Source: an uncultured Poribacteria bacterium (GTDB lineage Bacteria; Poribacteria; WGA-4E; WGA-3G). Taken from it: a DNA stretch of 64,000 nucleotides. The position numbers were made by a program, and so were the translations under genes. Location of the stretch: positions 1,024,001 through 1,088,000 of the forward strand of contig CATQHZ020000001.1 of assembly GCA_958296135.2 (NCBI GenBank). The letters are read 5' to 3'. The notes beneath the pieces are model-generated. The model was not told the origin of the DNA, did not search any database, and saw nothing but the letters and a program-made list of their open reading frames with translations. Below, in pieces: positions 52,486-61,919 of the stretch. Position 1 is the first letter of the stretch, and every line of letters starts with the position of its first letter.

Positions 52486-53259
52486 ATGAGGTGCAATATG
52501 AGACACAAATCGAGACTGATACTGGCCTTAGCCCTCGCCGTTAGCCTTTGGACTACTGGCGCGTTTGCGGCGGAGCTTACCGAAGGACTTGTCGGATACT
52601 GGCCGCTTGATGGGAACGGAAACGACGAATCCGGCAGTGGACACGATGCCGAGCTTGAGAAAGGCGCGAAATGGGTAGACGATGGATGGGTGAACGGGGC
52701 AGTTGAAGTCGATGGCGGGGGCGGACACATCGTTGTTGACAATAAGTTTGAGCTCACTACGGATACGCTTACCGTCATCGCTAGAATCAACGGATGGAAG
52801 ACGATCGACTGGTCTGGGATTGTCGTCGGGCGCAGCGGGACCCCCTTCTGGATGGGTGTCGCGGCCAATAACACTTTGACTTACGTCTGGAATAACAACG
52901 CCGCGGAGACATGGGGTTGGAAAGAGGCATCCGAAATCCCTGAGGATAAATGGGCACTCGTTGCCATCGCAATCGCGCCCGATAAAGCGACGAGTTACGT
53001 TTATCATAGGGCTACCGGCAAACTTGATGCTGCGGATAACGACATCACTCATATTGAGCAAACGGTAATCAACCTGAAATTCGGATGGGACGAATGCTGC
53101 GGAGCCAGATATTTCAAAGGGATTATTGACGAAGTGATGGTATACGACCGGGCGTTAAACGCCGCCGACATTGAGAGACTCGCCACTGTCGGGTTGGCTG
53201 TGGATAGCAACGGCAAACTGACGACGACTTGGGCGGCGATTAAGGGGAAAACAAGGTGA
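52486..53259 (+). CDS. LamG-domain secreted protein
   Basis: GLVGYWPLDG, FKGIIDEVMVYDRAL, LTTTWAAIK; signal peptide. Confidence 0.88.
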   Translation: MRCNMRHKSRLILALALAVSLWTTGAFAAELTEGLVGYWPLDGNGNDESGSGHDAELEKGAKWVDDGWVNGAVEVDGGGGHIVVDNKFELTTDTLTVIARINGWKTIDWSGIVVGRSGTPFWMGVAANNTLTYVWNNNAAETWGWKEASEIPEDKWALVAIAIAPDKATSYVYHRATGKLDAADNDITHIEQTVINLKFGWDECCGARYFKGIIDEVMVYDRALNAADIERLATVGLAVDSNGKLTTTWAAIKGKTR

Positions 53260-54779
53260 AGTTAAACGCAGAGCACACTGAACTCTTCATTGATGACGCG
53301 CGTCTCGCCGACAAGCACGGCGTGACGCGCACACTGCATCCGGGAGTCAAACATGATGTCCCTGTCCTAGAGCCTACCCCCGGCAACCTCTGGGAACACG
53401 GCGGGCCAGACCAGTCTAAGCGCGTTCATGTCTACGGAACCGTCATGTTTGATGAGGCATTCGGGAAGTATCGGATGTGGTATATGTGCCGCATGGGGCC
53501 GCATTGGCGGTTTCAGGCAAACCAGATTCCGGGGCTCTATGTGCCACGCCCAGCCCGGCATCCGTCGACGTTCAATGGACAGACGCACGATGCCTACGGC
53601 CGGAAGTTCGTTGAGAATGACCGCGGTGATCTCACTTGCTACGCGGAGAGTGACGATGGACTGACGTGGACGAAGCCGAACCTCGGCATTTTTGAATTCA
53701 ACGGCGATTCAAATAACAACATTGTCTGGGACCTGCACGGTGCGTCCGTTTTCCGTGATGATGATGAACCGAACCCAGAGAAACGGTATAAGGCAATTGG
53801 GTTTTGCAGGCGGTATCGCAACGTCTTCCTCATCACGTCTCCGGATGGCATTCGATGGGACGATGCAGACTCCCTTGAACCGGTTGCGCAGCGGGATAAC
53901 GAAGGGTGCTTCAACGTCGTCTATGACGAGAAAGCCTCTCTCTTTCGTGCTTATGCGCTGACGCGGGGCACAGACAAGGATGCGCGGCGGATGATTGCCT
54001 ACACCGAGAGCCCGCGGCTAGAGGGAGCATGGGCACCCCTCACGCCGATGTTCGGTGCGGCAGAGAAAGACGATGAAATCGGTGTGGAGAGATACGGCGC
54101 GAATCGCGCCGAAATCCATAACTTGTCAGGATTTCGTTACCACGACAACTACATCGGCATCGCGGGGGTGTTATATGTGACGGGACCGGGGGCACCGGAG
54201 CATGAGATTCCGGTGGATGGCCCCATTGATGCGCAACTGGTTTGCAGCCGAGATGGCGTGACGTGGGATTATCCCGATGGCGACAGAACTCCGATTCTTC
54301 CGCGCGGCGGAGAGGGAGAATTTGACATGGGGATGCTCATGGGGACTTCGACCGAACCGATTATTACCGATGATGCCATCCATTGGTATTACACCGGTGC
54401 GAAGCATACTCACGGAGCACCGATGAAAGAACGGTGCAAATCCATCGGGCGCGCCACGTGGCGATTAGATGGCTTCGTCTCTCTCGATGCCGATGAAAGC
54501 GGGGGTGTGGTGGAGACTCTCCCGTTGCGTTTGCGGGGCAATGCGTTGCAGATTAATGCGGATGCGAGCGCGGGACAAGTCGCCGTTGAAGTGCTGACGC
54601 ATGATGGCAAGGTGCAGCAAGGCTTTTCAAGGGATGCGTGTGTGCCGTTGACAGGCGATGAGATACGGCATCGCGTCCAATGGAAATCGCGAACGTTAGC
54701 GGATGCCCAGCAACCGCTGCGGCTTCGGTTTGTGCTGAACCGTGCGCGGTTGTATGCATTCCGTTCAGGAATACTCTAG
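53256..54779 (+). CDS. Hypothetical beta-propeller glycosidase-like protein
   Basis: ELFIDD, YAESDDGLTWTKP, TSPDGIRW, SRDGVTW, RLDGFVS. Confidence 0.7.
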   Translation: MKLNAEHTELFIDDARLADKHGVTRTLHPGVKHDVPVLEPTPGNLWEHGGPDQSKRVHVYGTVMFDEAFGKYRMWYMCRMGPHWRFQANQIPGLYVPRPARHPSTFNGQTHDAYGRKFVENDRGDLTCYAESDDGLTWTKPNLGIFEFNGDSNNNIVWDLHGASVFRDDDEPNPEKRYKAIGFCRRYRNVFLITSPDGIRWDDADSLEPVAQRDNEGCFNVVYDEKASLFRAYALTRGTDKDARRMIAYTESPRLEGAWAPLTPMFGAAEKDDEIGVERYGANRAEIHNLSGFRYHDNYIGIAGVLYVTGPGAPEHEIPVDGPIDAQLVCSRDGVTWDYPDGDRTPILPRGGEGEFDMGMLMGTSTEPIITDDAIHWYYTGAKHTHGAPMKERCKSIGRATWRLDGFVSLDADESGGVVETLPLRLRGNALQINADASAGQVAVEVLTHDGKVQQGFSRDACVPLTGDEIRHRVQWKSRTLADAQQPLRLRFVLNRARLYAFRSGIL

Positions 54780-56090
54780 TGACTCTGGGTAGGCGCGGTT
54801 TTCCACCGCGCCTTCGTAGTTTCTGTGTGGAATCTGATGGCGGGTTAACCTGCGATTAAAGGTTCGCAAATCTATGCCCAAAGCCGCCGCTGCATGGGTG
54901 CGATTGTCATGATACCGTGCTAACGTATTGAGAATGCACGCCTTCTCAAACGCAGCCAATGCTACCTCCAACTTTGTCTTGAGCGGGAATTTCACAACGA
55001 ACGTCTTGTCTGTTTTCGGGGCTTCTTCGGGCACTTCTTCCTGCGGCTCTCGTTGTCCCTGAAGTTCTGCCGGGAGATGCCTCGGTAAAATGGGGCCGCG
55101 TTCCGCGTTGACAATGGCGGTGATCATAGCGTTTTTCAATTGCCGTATATTCCGTGGCCACGCGTAGGTTTTGAGTAACGCAAGTGCAGCTGCACTGAGT
55201 TCGCCGAGCGGAAGTTGGTGGCTCCGGCTTTCTTTTTCCAAAAAGTGTTGCGCCAACGCCGGGATATCTCCTGGCCGCTCTCGCAAAGGCGGTACAGAGA
55301 TAGTCAGCGTTTTGAGGCGTTCATAAAGGTCTGCACGAAACTGCTTCTCTTGAACTTCTCTCGGCAGTTCTCGGTTGGTAGCGGCGATGACTCGGACGTT
55401 CACCGAGATATCTTCTGTCCCGCCGATTCGGTGGAAACAGCCTGTCTCAATGACGCGTAGGAAATTCGGCTGGGCCTGAAGAGGAATTTCCCCGATTTCA
55501 TCAAGGAAAAGGGTGCCGCCATCTGCCTGTTCAAAGTAGCCGATGTGCTGCTGATGCGCGTCGGTAAACGCGCCTTTCTCATGCCCGAAAAGGGCACTCC
55601 CTATCAAGTTTGGCTCGATGGCACCACAATCCATGACAACCAACTTTTCCTTCCGCCTATCGCTCTGGTTGTGCAACGCTTGTGCTGCCAGTTCCTTCCC
55701 CACCCCGGTCTCACCCAAGATCAGGACTGAGTAAGGGAGCGGAGCGAAATTCTCAATGTCCTTGAACATCGCTAAAACTTGCCGATTCTCGCCGACAATA
55801 CCGGGGTAAGTCCCCTTCAAATCGGCGCGGGTCCGAGGTGTGTCGGGCCGCGGGGTTGACAAAGTGCGGTTGTCCGGCTGCTCTACTGCTTGAACTGCTA
55901 CAACCGTCGTCTCTGGGACTGCCGCCGAGATTTGCTGAAACGCATCGCTGTCTTCGGGTTCCGATGCTGCCGGTGATAATTCGTAACCGTGCAGTTCAAG
56001 GATGTTGCGGACTTCGTTTGCGGTAGCCTCATCCGCCACGATAAAGACGTGGGAGGGAGTCTTGCCGATCGCTTTTCGTTGCTGTGTCAT
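54765..56090 (-). CDS. Sigma54-dependent transcriptional activator (AAA+ plus Fis-type HTH)
   Basis: GETGVGKE, FGHEKGAFTDA, GTLFLDEIG, PPLRER, WPRNIRQL, C-terminal HTH. Confidence 0.92.
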   Translation of the reverse strand: MTQQRKAIGKTPSHVFIVADEATANEVRNILELHGYELSPAASEPEDSDAFQQISAAVPETTVVAVQAVEQPDNRTLSTPRPDTPRTRADLKGTYPGIVGENRQVLAMFKDIENFAPLPYSVLILGETGVGKELAAQALHNQSDRRKEKLVVMDCGAIEPNLIGSALFGHEKGAFTDAHQQHIGYFEQADGGTLFLDEIGEIPLQAQPNFLRVIETGCFHRIGGTEDISVNVRVIAATNRELPREVQEKQFRADLYERLKTLTISVPPLRERPGDIPALAQHFLEKESRSHQLPLGELSAAALALLKTYAWPRNIRQLKNAMITAIVNAERGPILPRHLPAELQGQREPQEEVPEEAPKTDKTFVVKFPLKTKLEVALAAFEKACILNTLARYHDNRTHAAAALGIDLRTFNRRLTRHQIPHRNYEGAVENRAYPESLEYS

Positions 56091-56253
56091 CGATTTATCC
56101 CTCTGGTTGCATTGTAGGTATCCGCTGGTGTTTCGGCCAACGGGCGGATTGTTTGGGACATATTCGCTACGATACGCATAGCCTATCACATTTTTGAAAA
56201 GCTGTCAAGAAACATATACGCGCTAATGTGGCGACTTTGGCCTCCTCTCTATG

Positions 56254-56288
56254 AAAAAAGCCGCTATTGTCAAAATGCAACAGCGGCT
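56254..56288 (-). terminator. Intrinsic terminator of the 58786-56380 unit
   Basis: agccgct...agcggct stem followed by U6 on the minus strand. Confidence 0.65.
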
Positions 56289-56379
56289 AAATCGGTAGTC
56301 GGGTTGAGTCGGACGGTAGTTTGATCCAGAAAGGGGACGCAGTGCCACGTGTTTGACGCTACGATTTTTCTTCTATTCC

Positions 56380-56658
56380 CTATTGCGTTTCAGTGGGGAC
56401 ATCTTGTTTGTCCCGCTGCCGGCGTTCACGCGCCTCTTGGATGCGCTTTCGGATCCGTTCCTTCCGCTCTGCACAACACCCACAGGATTTCTCTTTTACA
56501 GCGGAGGGAGGTGTCTTAGTAGGCACAACTGTCTCCGCGGATGGGTGTTGCTTAGGCACACGCGGCGGGAGTCTATCTGTGGCGTAAGCGATAAACGCCG
56601 CGAGAATCGCTAGAAGAACGAGGACGGCAATGCCGTATGCAAAACCGGTATTTTTCAT
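56380..56658 (-). CDS. Small membrane-anchored protein with CGCC motif and basic helix
   Basis: N-terminal TM helix; KEKSCGCCAERKERIRKR; abuts the upstream stop codon. Confidence 0.7.
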   Translation of the reverse strand: MKNTGFAYGIAVLVLLAILAAFIAYATDRLPPRVPKQHPSAETVVPTKTPPSAVKEKSCGCCAERKERIRKRIQEARERRQRDKQDVPTETQ

Positions 56659-57663
56659 TTACTTTTTCTCCTGTTGTTTCCGAAGGAACCGTGTGACATG
56701 TTCAGCGACCTCCGGATCTAACGCTTTCAGACGACGGAGCCCTTCTTCAGGGCCATAGCGATTCAAGGTTTGCATAGCACGGTTGAACCGCTCTGGTGAA
56801 AAACTTCCACGCAGGAACGTTTCAAGACTTTCTTCGGTAGATGACTCAGACGTGAGTGCTCCTTCAATGTCAACCTCACTTTCTGTGAAGGTGTCGTCTT
56901 CGCCTTCTATGGTGGAAGCAAAATCGTCAAAAGCGGGAGACGCTACACTTTGAACTGGTTCCCCATCAATTCGGGGTTCCGTGGGGTACTGATCGGTTTC
57001 CGTGTTAACGAATTCGTCTTCCGCGGGAATAGGAGGCTCTGGGGTATCCGAAAAATCTGGCTCTTCCGCGGCGGGAGGTATCGGATTTTGAAGCACATCC
57101 ATAGCCCACCGCCCAATTGCGAAATAGTCGCCTTCAAAATGTTCCATTGCCCATACGATATTTGGCTCTTCCACCAAAAACTCAACTATCACATCTCTAA
57201 CACTTTCAGAGGCAGCATCTGTGCCAAACTGAATGTTCCTTTCCCAAAAAAGCGTGGATAATTTCTCACGCATTTTTGGCTCAAGTGCATCGGCAGAATC
57301 TTGTGGGAAATGTTCCTGAAACATCTCATGAAATTCTGCGAGAAATTCATTGTAACGAAGTTTAACACCTTGTGAGGCGAAGAAATCCAAAATATCCTTT
57401 ACACTGTTCGGATCCGTTGTTAAAAAATCCTGATACGCCTGGCTTTTGAACACCTTCTCCAGTCTTTGGTTTTCTGCCTCGGTGAACGCGCGCTTGCTCA
57501 GAAAACCTCGTACCCACTGCCCTGAGCCCTGCTGTGCTTGTGTTTGCACTGTAGAACTACGAGATGTGACCGATTTTCGGCGTTGGAGTCCCCAAAAAAC
57601 ACCAACGCCAACAACCGCGAGTATCAGCGCGACACTCAGAATACGGTTTAACTTTTCAGTCAT
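56659..57663 (-). CDS. Hypothetical N-terminally anchored protein with acidic linker
   Basis: AGGAGG RBS before ATG 57663; TM helix; tail FSPERFNRAMQTLNRYGPEEGLRRL. Confidence 0.8.
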   Translation of the reverse strand: MTEKLNRILSVALILAVVGVGVFWGLQRRKSVTSRSSTVQTQAQQGSGQWVRGFLSKRAFTEAENQRLEKVFKSQAYQDFLTTDPNSVKDILDFFASQGVKLRYNEFLAEFHEMFQEHFPQDSADALEPKMREKLSTLFWERNIQFGTDAASESVRDVIVEFLVEEPNIVWAMEHFEGDYFAIGRWAMDVLQNPIPPAAEEPDFSDTPEPPIPAEDEFVNTETDQYPTEPRIDGEPVQSVASPAFDDFASTIEGEDDTFTESEVDIEGALTSESSTEESLETFLRGSFSPERFNRAMQTLNRYGPEEGLRRLKALDPEVAEHVTRFLRKQQEKK

Positions 57664-57689
57664 AATACCTCCTGAGCTTTCCATTCTTG

Positions 57690-58466
57690 TCAAGGTTTCC
57701 TTTTCTCGTCTACCCATCTCAAGAATAAGTCGGGATTGGACAAATTCTGCAGGAGTTCTCCGATAAGCGCGGGATTGCCGATGGCACTCCATAACAGCCC
57801 TTCATCTACACCATGTTCTTCAAACTGTTCATGGAGCCACTGCGCGTCCATCTTTTCCGTTTGAACAACGAAGGGTTCAAAAACACCGGCAAATTGTCCT
57901 GCTTTCAGTTGATGACGCTCGAGAAATCCTTTTACTAGCGGCCCAATGAAAATCTTGAATTTTTTGTCGAAAATCTCCCAGACATCTTCTGCGGCGATAT
58001 CCTCACGGTAAAGGATAAAATTCGCCTCCCGGGATGCAACCGTCATCTGATGAACGGTTGTTATATCTTCGTCCGTAGGGATACCGATCCAGTTTTTCAA
58101 AAAAGGGAGATATCTCTCCGCATCCGGTGGTGCCACCTCAAGATACTCGTCAAATGTCTGGAAGGGCTCTTCTAGTGGAGATTCCTGTGTCAGAAAATCC
58201 AAATAGGGCTGAGAACGCGTCACTTCTCGGAGAGTTTTAAGATCATCGTCTAAAATGGCGTTCGGAAACATACGCTGCAACTTCACGAAGATGTCTTCCA
58301 CCCCTGTGGGCTCGGTGGCTATCGGCTGCGGGCCGACTGCCTCAACCTGTGCCGTTGTCTCTTTACCAATCGCTTCAGTGATGTCGGGTGGCGTGTCTAC
58401 ACACCCAAGCAATTGGAAACCGAGTGCGAAAAGTATAAATACAATGAAACGTAGGAAGTTTTGCAA
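57690..58466 (-). CDS. Hypothetical lipoprotein
   Basis: Lipobox LLGC after a hydrophobic signal; GAGG RBS before TTG. Confidence 0.75.
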   Translation of the reverse strand: MQNFLRFIVFILFALGFQLLGCVDTPPDITEAIGKETTAQVEAVGPQPIATEPTGVEDIFVKLQRMFPNAILDDDLKTLREVTRSQPYLDFLTQESPLEEPFQTFDEYLEVAPPDAERYLPFLKNWIGIPTDEDITTVHQMTVASREANFILYREDIAAEDVWEIFDKKFKIFIGPLVKGFLERHQLKAGQFAGVFEPFVVQTEKMDAQWLHEQFEEHGVDEGLLWSAIGNPALIGELLQNLSNPDLFLRWVDEKRKP

Positions 58467-58558
58467 TGTTTAATCCTCAATAGTCGTGGCGAGTGGTGGT
58501 GAAATTTAAAATCGATAAAATCACCACCACACCCGGTATACCCAAAAAAAGAGGTTGC

Positions 58559-58786
58559 TCAGTTACAGACACCATCCGCCCAATTGCAAATCGCTTCTGC
58601 AATATCCTCTGCGAAATCACACCAAGCAGGTCTGGATAGACAGACATAACTTGCGACAATGTTTGCCACATCACATGCAAGTTGTGCATCATTACATTCA
58701 TCGGCATCCGCCAGTTGCGGAACAAGCATGACTGCAAATGCGATGATAGTTACCAGTGCAAGGCTTTTTACCACTATTGCTTTCAT
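58559..58786 (-). CDS. Small secreted six-cysteine peptide
   Basis: AAGGAGG RBS; signal peptide ending ADA; 47-aa mature part with CX6CX10CX6CX10CX6C. Confidence 0.8.
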   Translation of the reverse strand: MKAIVVKSLALVTIIAFAVMLVPQLADADECNDAQLACDVANIVASYVCLSRPAWCDFAEDIAEAICNWADGVCN

Positions 58787-58799
58787 CGGTTTTTCCTCC

Positions 58800-59295
58800 T
58801 TCTGTCGCCCACTCCGTTAAGAGAAAGTCGGAATTATAAAACGAGAATCACCACCAGCGACATTGAGCAAAATTCCCGGCAGCGTTCAAGCTGCTCAGCG
58901 GAACGGGAGTCGCTGGTGCGTTCCAATTGTTGCGCGCCACATCATGCATGTCTCACGTGCCATCGGCGCAGGAGTAGCAAATTTTGCGAATGTCTCTCAA
59001 TATTCGCAAAGGCGAAACCGGTAAAGGAAAAATCAATGACATGCCGGCAGCTGACGTTCCCGTTAGCACACCCGGAAACGGTGCCCGGTTTCCTCCGAAC
59101 GGTGTGTCTTGCTCGTCTTCGTTGTGGTGCTGACGTGATTCATCGGTGAATCGACTCCGCCCGTTGGCGAATCCTCGGTGTCAGCCGCAAGAACACTTCG
59201 GCAGGAGCGGCACAGCTCCCAACATCGCTTCTTGACTGTTCCCTACCCGATACGCCGGAAAACGTTCCGACTCGGTTGAGAACGCCTCAACCTAT
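58800..59295 (-). ncRNA. Candidate structured leader / ncRNA
   Basis: Many nested inverted repeats between a sigma54 promoter and the peptide gene; no minus-strand ORF of 60 aa or more lies within it. Confidence 0.4.
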
Positions 59296-59304
59296 AAACA
59301 TAGT

Positions 59305-59320
59305 TGCAAGAACCGTGCCA
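59305..59320 (-). promoter_or_regulatory. Sigma54 -24/-12 promoter
   Basis: TGGCAC-GGTTC-TTGCA, exact consensus. Confidence 0.8.
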
Positions 59321-59448
59321 ACTCGAACATCGGCACTTTAAACGTCCCTTTCGGGTATTTTTCACGGGATTTTCTAAAAACGCCGCGTTTTTCGGCGATG
59401 TTGCTGGCATTGTGCATTTTTCGGCGATGTTATCCCGCCATTCAACAA

Positions 59449-59508
59449 TGTCAAATATGTCATACACTGCCAAAGTTGTCATACCTCTCTGTGCCAAAGT
59501 TGTCACAC
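59449..59508. promoter_or_regulatory. Triple repeat, putative activator (UAS) binding sites
   Basis: TG(T/C)CAAA..TGTCA(T/C)AC at 59449, 59468 and 59492, 130-190 nt upstream of the sigma54 promoter. Confidence 0.6.
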
Positions 59509-59874
59509 TTGCGGAGATGTCTTAAAGTTGCGTGGCGAATTCGTCAAGCATTTGGCGGATGTGCTCTTCGTTTCCATCAATGAAGGGGGAGCTAAGAACG
59601 TTGTCTCGCTTTCCGCCGCTTCTTGACTTCTCGCAGTGTCTGCACTGGAAGTCTCTGCGGTAGTATCTTCGCTTATGAGCGTTCCTGCCGAGGTTTCCGA
59701 TACATCGTCCCGCTCAGCCTGAGAGGAATTGGTATCCTTTTGCGGCTGTGGAGCCACGGTCTGAGGAACCTGAGGGAGGCTTCTCTCGAAGCGTTCTTTC
59801 TCATGCTCTAAGAATAGCACCCAAATCGTGCCTAGAACAACGAGAAGGGCTCCGATAAAAACGAGTTGTTTCAT
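59503..59874 (-). pseudogene. Truncated paralog of 60128..60781 fused to a remnant 3' end of the Zn-ribbon gene
   Basis: Shared W.L.LEH(E/D)K..F..SLPQ; 59528-59597 matches 60972-61040. Confidence 0.6.
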
Positions 59875-60127
59875 GATGAAATTCTCCTTTGTGTCGAGAC
59901 CGGGAGGTCTCTCTTACCGGTGTCGAGATGCGCGTTTCAATAGAGGTGCAATGCAGATGCTTCGCGATGCTTTGCACTTCATGCATGCCGCGTGAGGGCA
60001 GATATAGACGGCATCTGCCCTTACTGGGAAATTACGAATCTATAGGGCAAGAGCTCCCGATTTTAACCTGTTTGGCCGCCCACCTCGGCGGGCCCGAACC
60101 ACAGAGGTAATTTGGTATAACAGCGTT

Positions 60128-60781
60128 CTACTCTTCTTCGTCAGCGAACTCTGATACACTAAACCCAACCTCGTAGTCCAAGTGAGTGATACCAGAGGCC
60201 TTCATCGTCCTGAGCATTTCCAACATTTGCCGCCTTCGCTGAGGATAGAGGTAAAAGAGTGCCTCTTCGCCAGCAATATGTTCGTCAATCGTCATTCGCT
60301 CGTTTTTGAAAAGTTTTCGCTGGTACTCGGATGCAACATAAACTTGCGGCATATCACCAAACATTTCGAGATACGCATTTTGCATCGCATCGGCTCGCTC
60401 GTCTGGAGATAATTCTAAATTTGGCGTTCTGTCCACCGCACTCTCCCGTTGTTGCCACGGATCTGCCGGCCTGGCGCGCGGGAGTGAATCATCACCCCTC
60501 GTGATGTCCTCGTTCTCTTGGAGAGGGTTGTCACTGTTCGCTTGAACCGAATCCTGCTCCACGGCAGATGAGACTTCGCCAGTGTCGGTTCCAGTTTCGC
60601 CGGCGTTGGTTCCGGTCTGAAGCGGCGGCGAATCCGCTGTGGTGGCATTGTTCACACGCGGATTCACCGGCTCGGGTGGTTGCGGCAGACTTTGAATAAA
60701 AGCCTTTTTATCATGCTCTAGGTAAAGTATCCAGCCCGCTATGCCAACTATTATTAATATGAAAATCGCGATTTTTCGCAT
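60128..60781 (-). CDS. Hypothetical N-terminally anchored protein
   Basis: AGGAGG RBS; TM helix; low-complexity linker; C-terminal FGDMPQV...EALFYLYP. Confidence 0.75.
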   Translation of the reverse strand: MRKIAIFILIIVGIAGWILYLEHDKKAFIQSLPQPPEPVNPRVNNATTADSPPLQTGTNAGETGTDTGEVSSAVEQDSVQANSDNPLQENEDITRGDDSLPRARPADPWQQRESAVDRTPNLELSPDERADAMQNAYLEMFGDMPQVYVASEYQRKLFKNERMTIDEHIAGEEALFYLYPQRRRQMLEMLRTMKASGITHLDYEVGFSVSEFADEEE

Positions 60782-60965
60782 TGGACGATGCCTCCTTTTG
60801 CAAAAAAGACTCTGCAGAACAAATTCTGATTGCGGGAAGCGACTGGGTATAGGGATTCCGTTTGCAGGGACCCTATATCCAATCTGTTTAATGGTAAATG
60901 TAGTAGCCTCATCCTTCGCTAAAGATGTGATACGGAGCCTTGCTAATTCCCTCTTACACCTGGTC

Positions 60966-61919
60966 TCATGTTTGCGTGGCGAATTCGTCAAGCATTTGGC
61001 GGATGCTTGCCTCATTTCCGTCAAGGAAGAGGGGAGCTAACGCGCCGCGGCCGTGCAATGCTTGCAGGAGAGAGTCGATCTGCATCATGCGTTCCTGCGG
61101 CGTGCGGCATTTGGGCCATTTGTCAGCGAATTCGCGCGCCGGTTGGGGGTTGCCGGTTCTCAAGGAGCGTGCGCTTTTGCGCCACGCCTGCCAGGTGAAA
61201 GTATGTCTGCACGCCGTGCACTGCAGTTTTTCGTCGCGTTTTTTGAGGCTTTTGCGGTAGGCTCGCCAGCGGCGTTTGTAGCCGCACGCGGTGCAGTGGA
61301 TATGTCCCTTCGTGTGCAGTGCGACTTCGTTGCATTTTGGGCAGTATAGTTCATCTATTTCTCCGGTACGCGCGCTTTTCAAGAGTGCTTCTTTTGCCCT
61401 ATGAGTCACGGCGGCCTCCGGTCTGCGGATGACGTGAAGGCAGTGTGGGCACGGTAATCGCACGCGGGCCCGAATGGAACGGCGGTATGTGTCCCACGTC
61501 CATCTCTTTCCGCAAGTGCAGTGGAGTTCAGCGTGTACGCGAGATGCGCGATGAGAAAGCGCGCCTCCCTCAGCGAGGTTCGTACCGCAATCAAAGCACC
61601 GTGGCGTTTTGCGCAGCGCGTCCCGGCAGTCCTGCCAGAGCAGCCGCTTGGCACAATGCGGGCAGTGAAACCAATTGACGTGCAGGCTGCCGGTGCTTTT
61701 CCGAAAGCGCGCGTTGATGCGTCGTTGGACTTTGGTACGGCACTGCGGGCACGGCACGCGTCCTTCTGGGAACACATCGGCTACCGTCGCAATGTCGGCA
61801 CAGCGCGCGTGGAGTTCCCATCCCACAACCTGCAGCGCGTCGTCATCGTAGATGCCTAACCGTGCGGCGCGGTAGAGCCGGCGGATTTTGATAGGTTTTA
61901 CACGAGGTGCCCATGTCAT
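60966..61919 (-). CDS. Multi-zinc-ribbon hypothetical protein
   Basis: Seven CxxC motifs plus a CxC. Confidence 0.8.
   Translation of the reverse strand: MTWAPRVKPIKIRRLYRAARLGIYDDDALQVVGWELHARCADIATVADVFPEGRVPCPQCRTKVQRRINARFRKSTGSLHVNWFHCPHCAKRLLWQDCRDALRKTPRCFDCGTNLAEGGALSHRASRVHAELHCTCGKRWTWDTYRRSIRARVRLPCPHCLHVIRRPEAAVTHRAKEALLKSARTGEIDELYCPKCNEVALHTKGHIHCTACGYKRRWRAYRKSLKKRDEKLQCTACRHTFTWQAWRKSARSLRTGNPQPAREFADKWPKCRTPQERMMQIDSLLQALHGRGALAPLFLDGNEASIRQMLDEFATQT

Noticed and set aside
58682-59149. 155-aa plus-strand ORF over the leader region
   Set aside because: Antisense to the peptide gene, no RBS and atypical composition; not fully excluded
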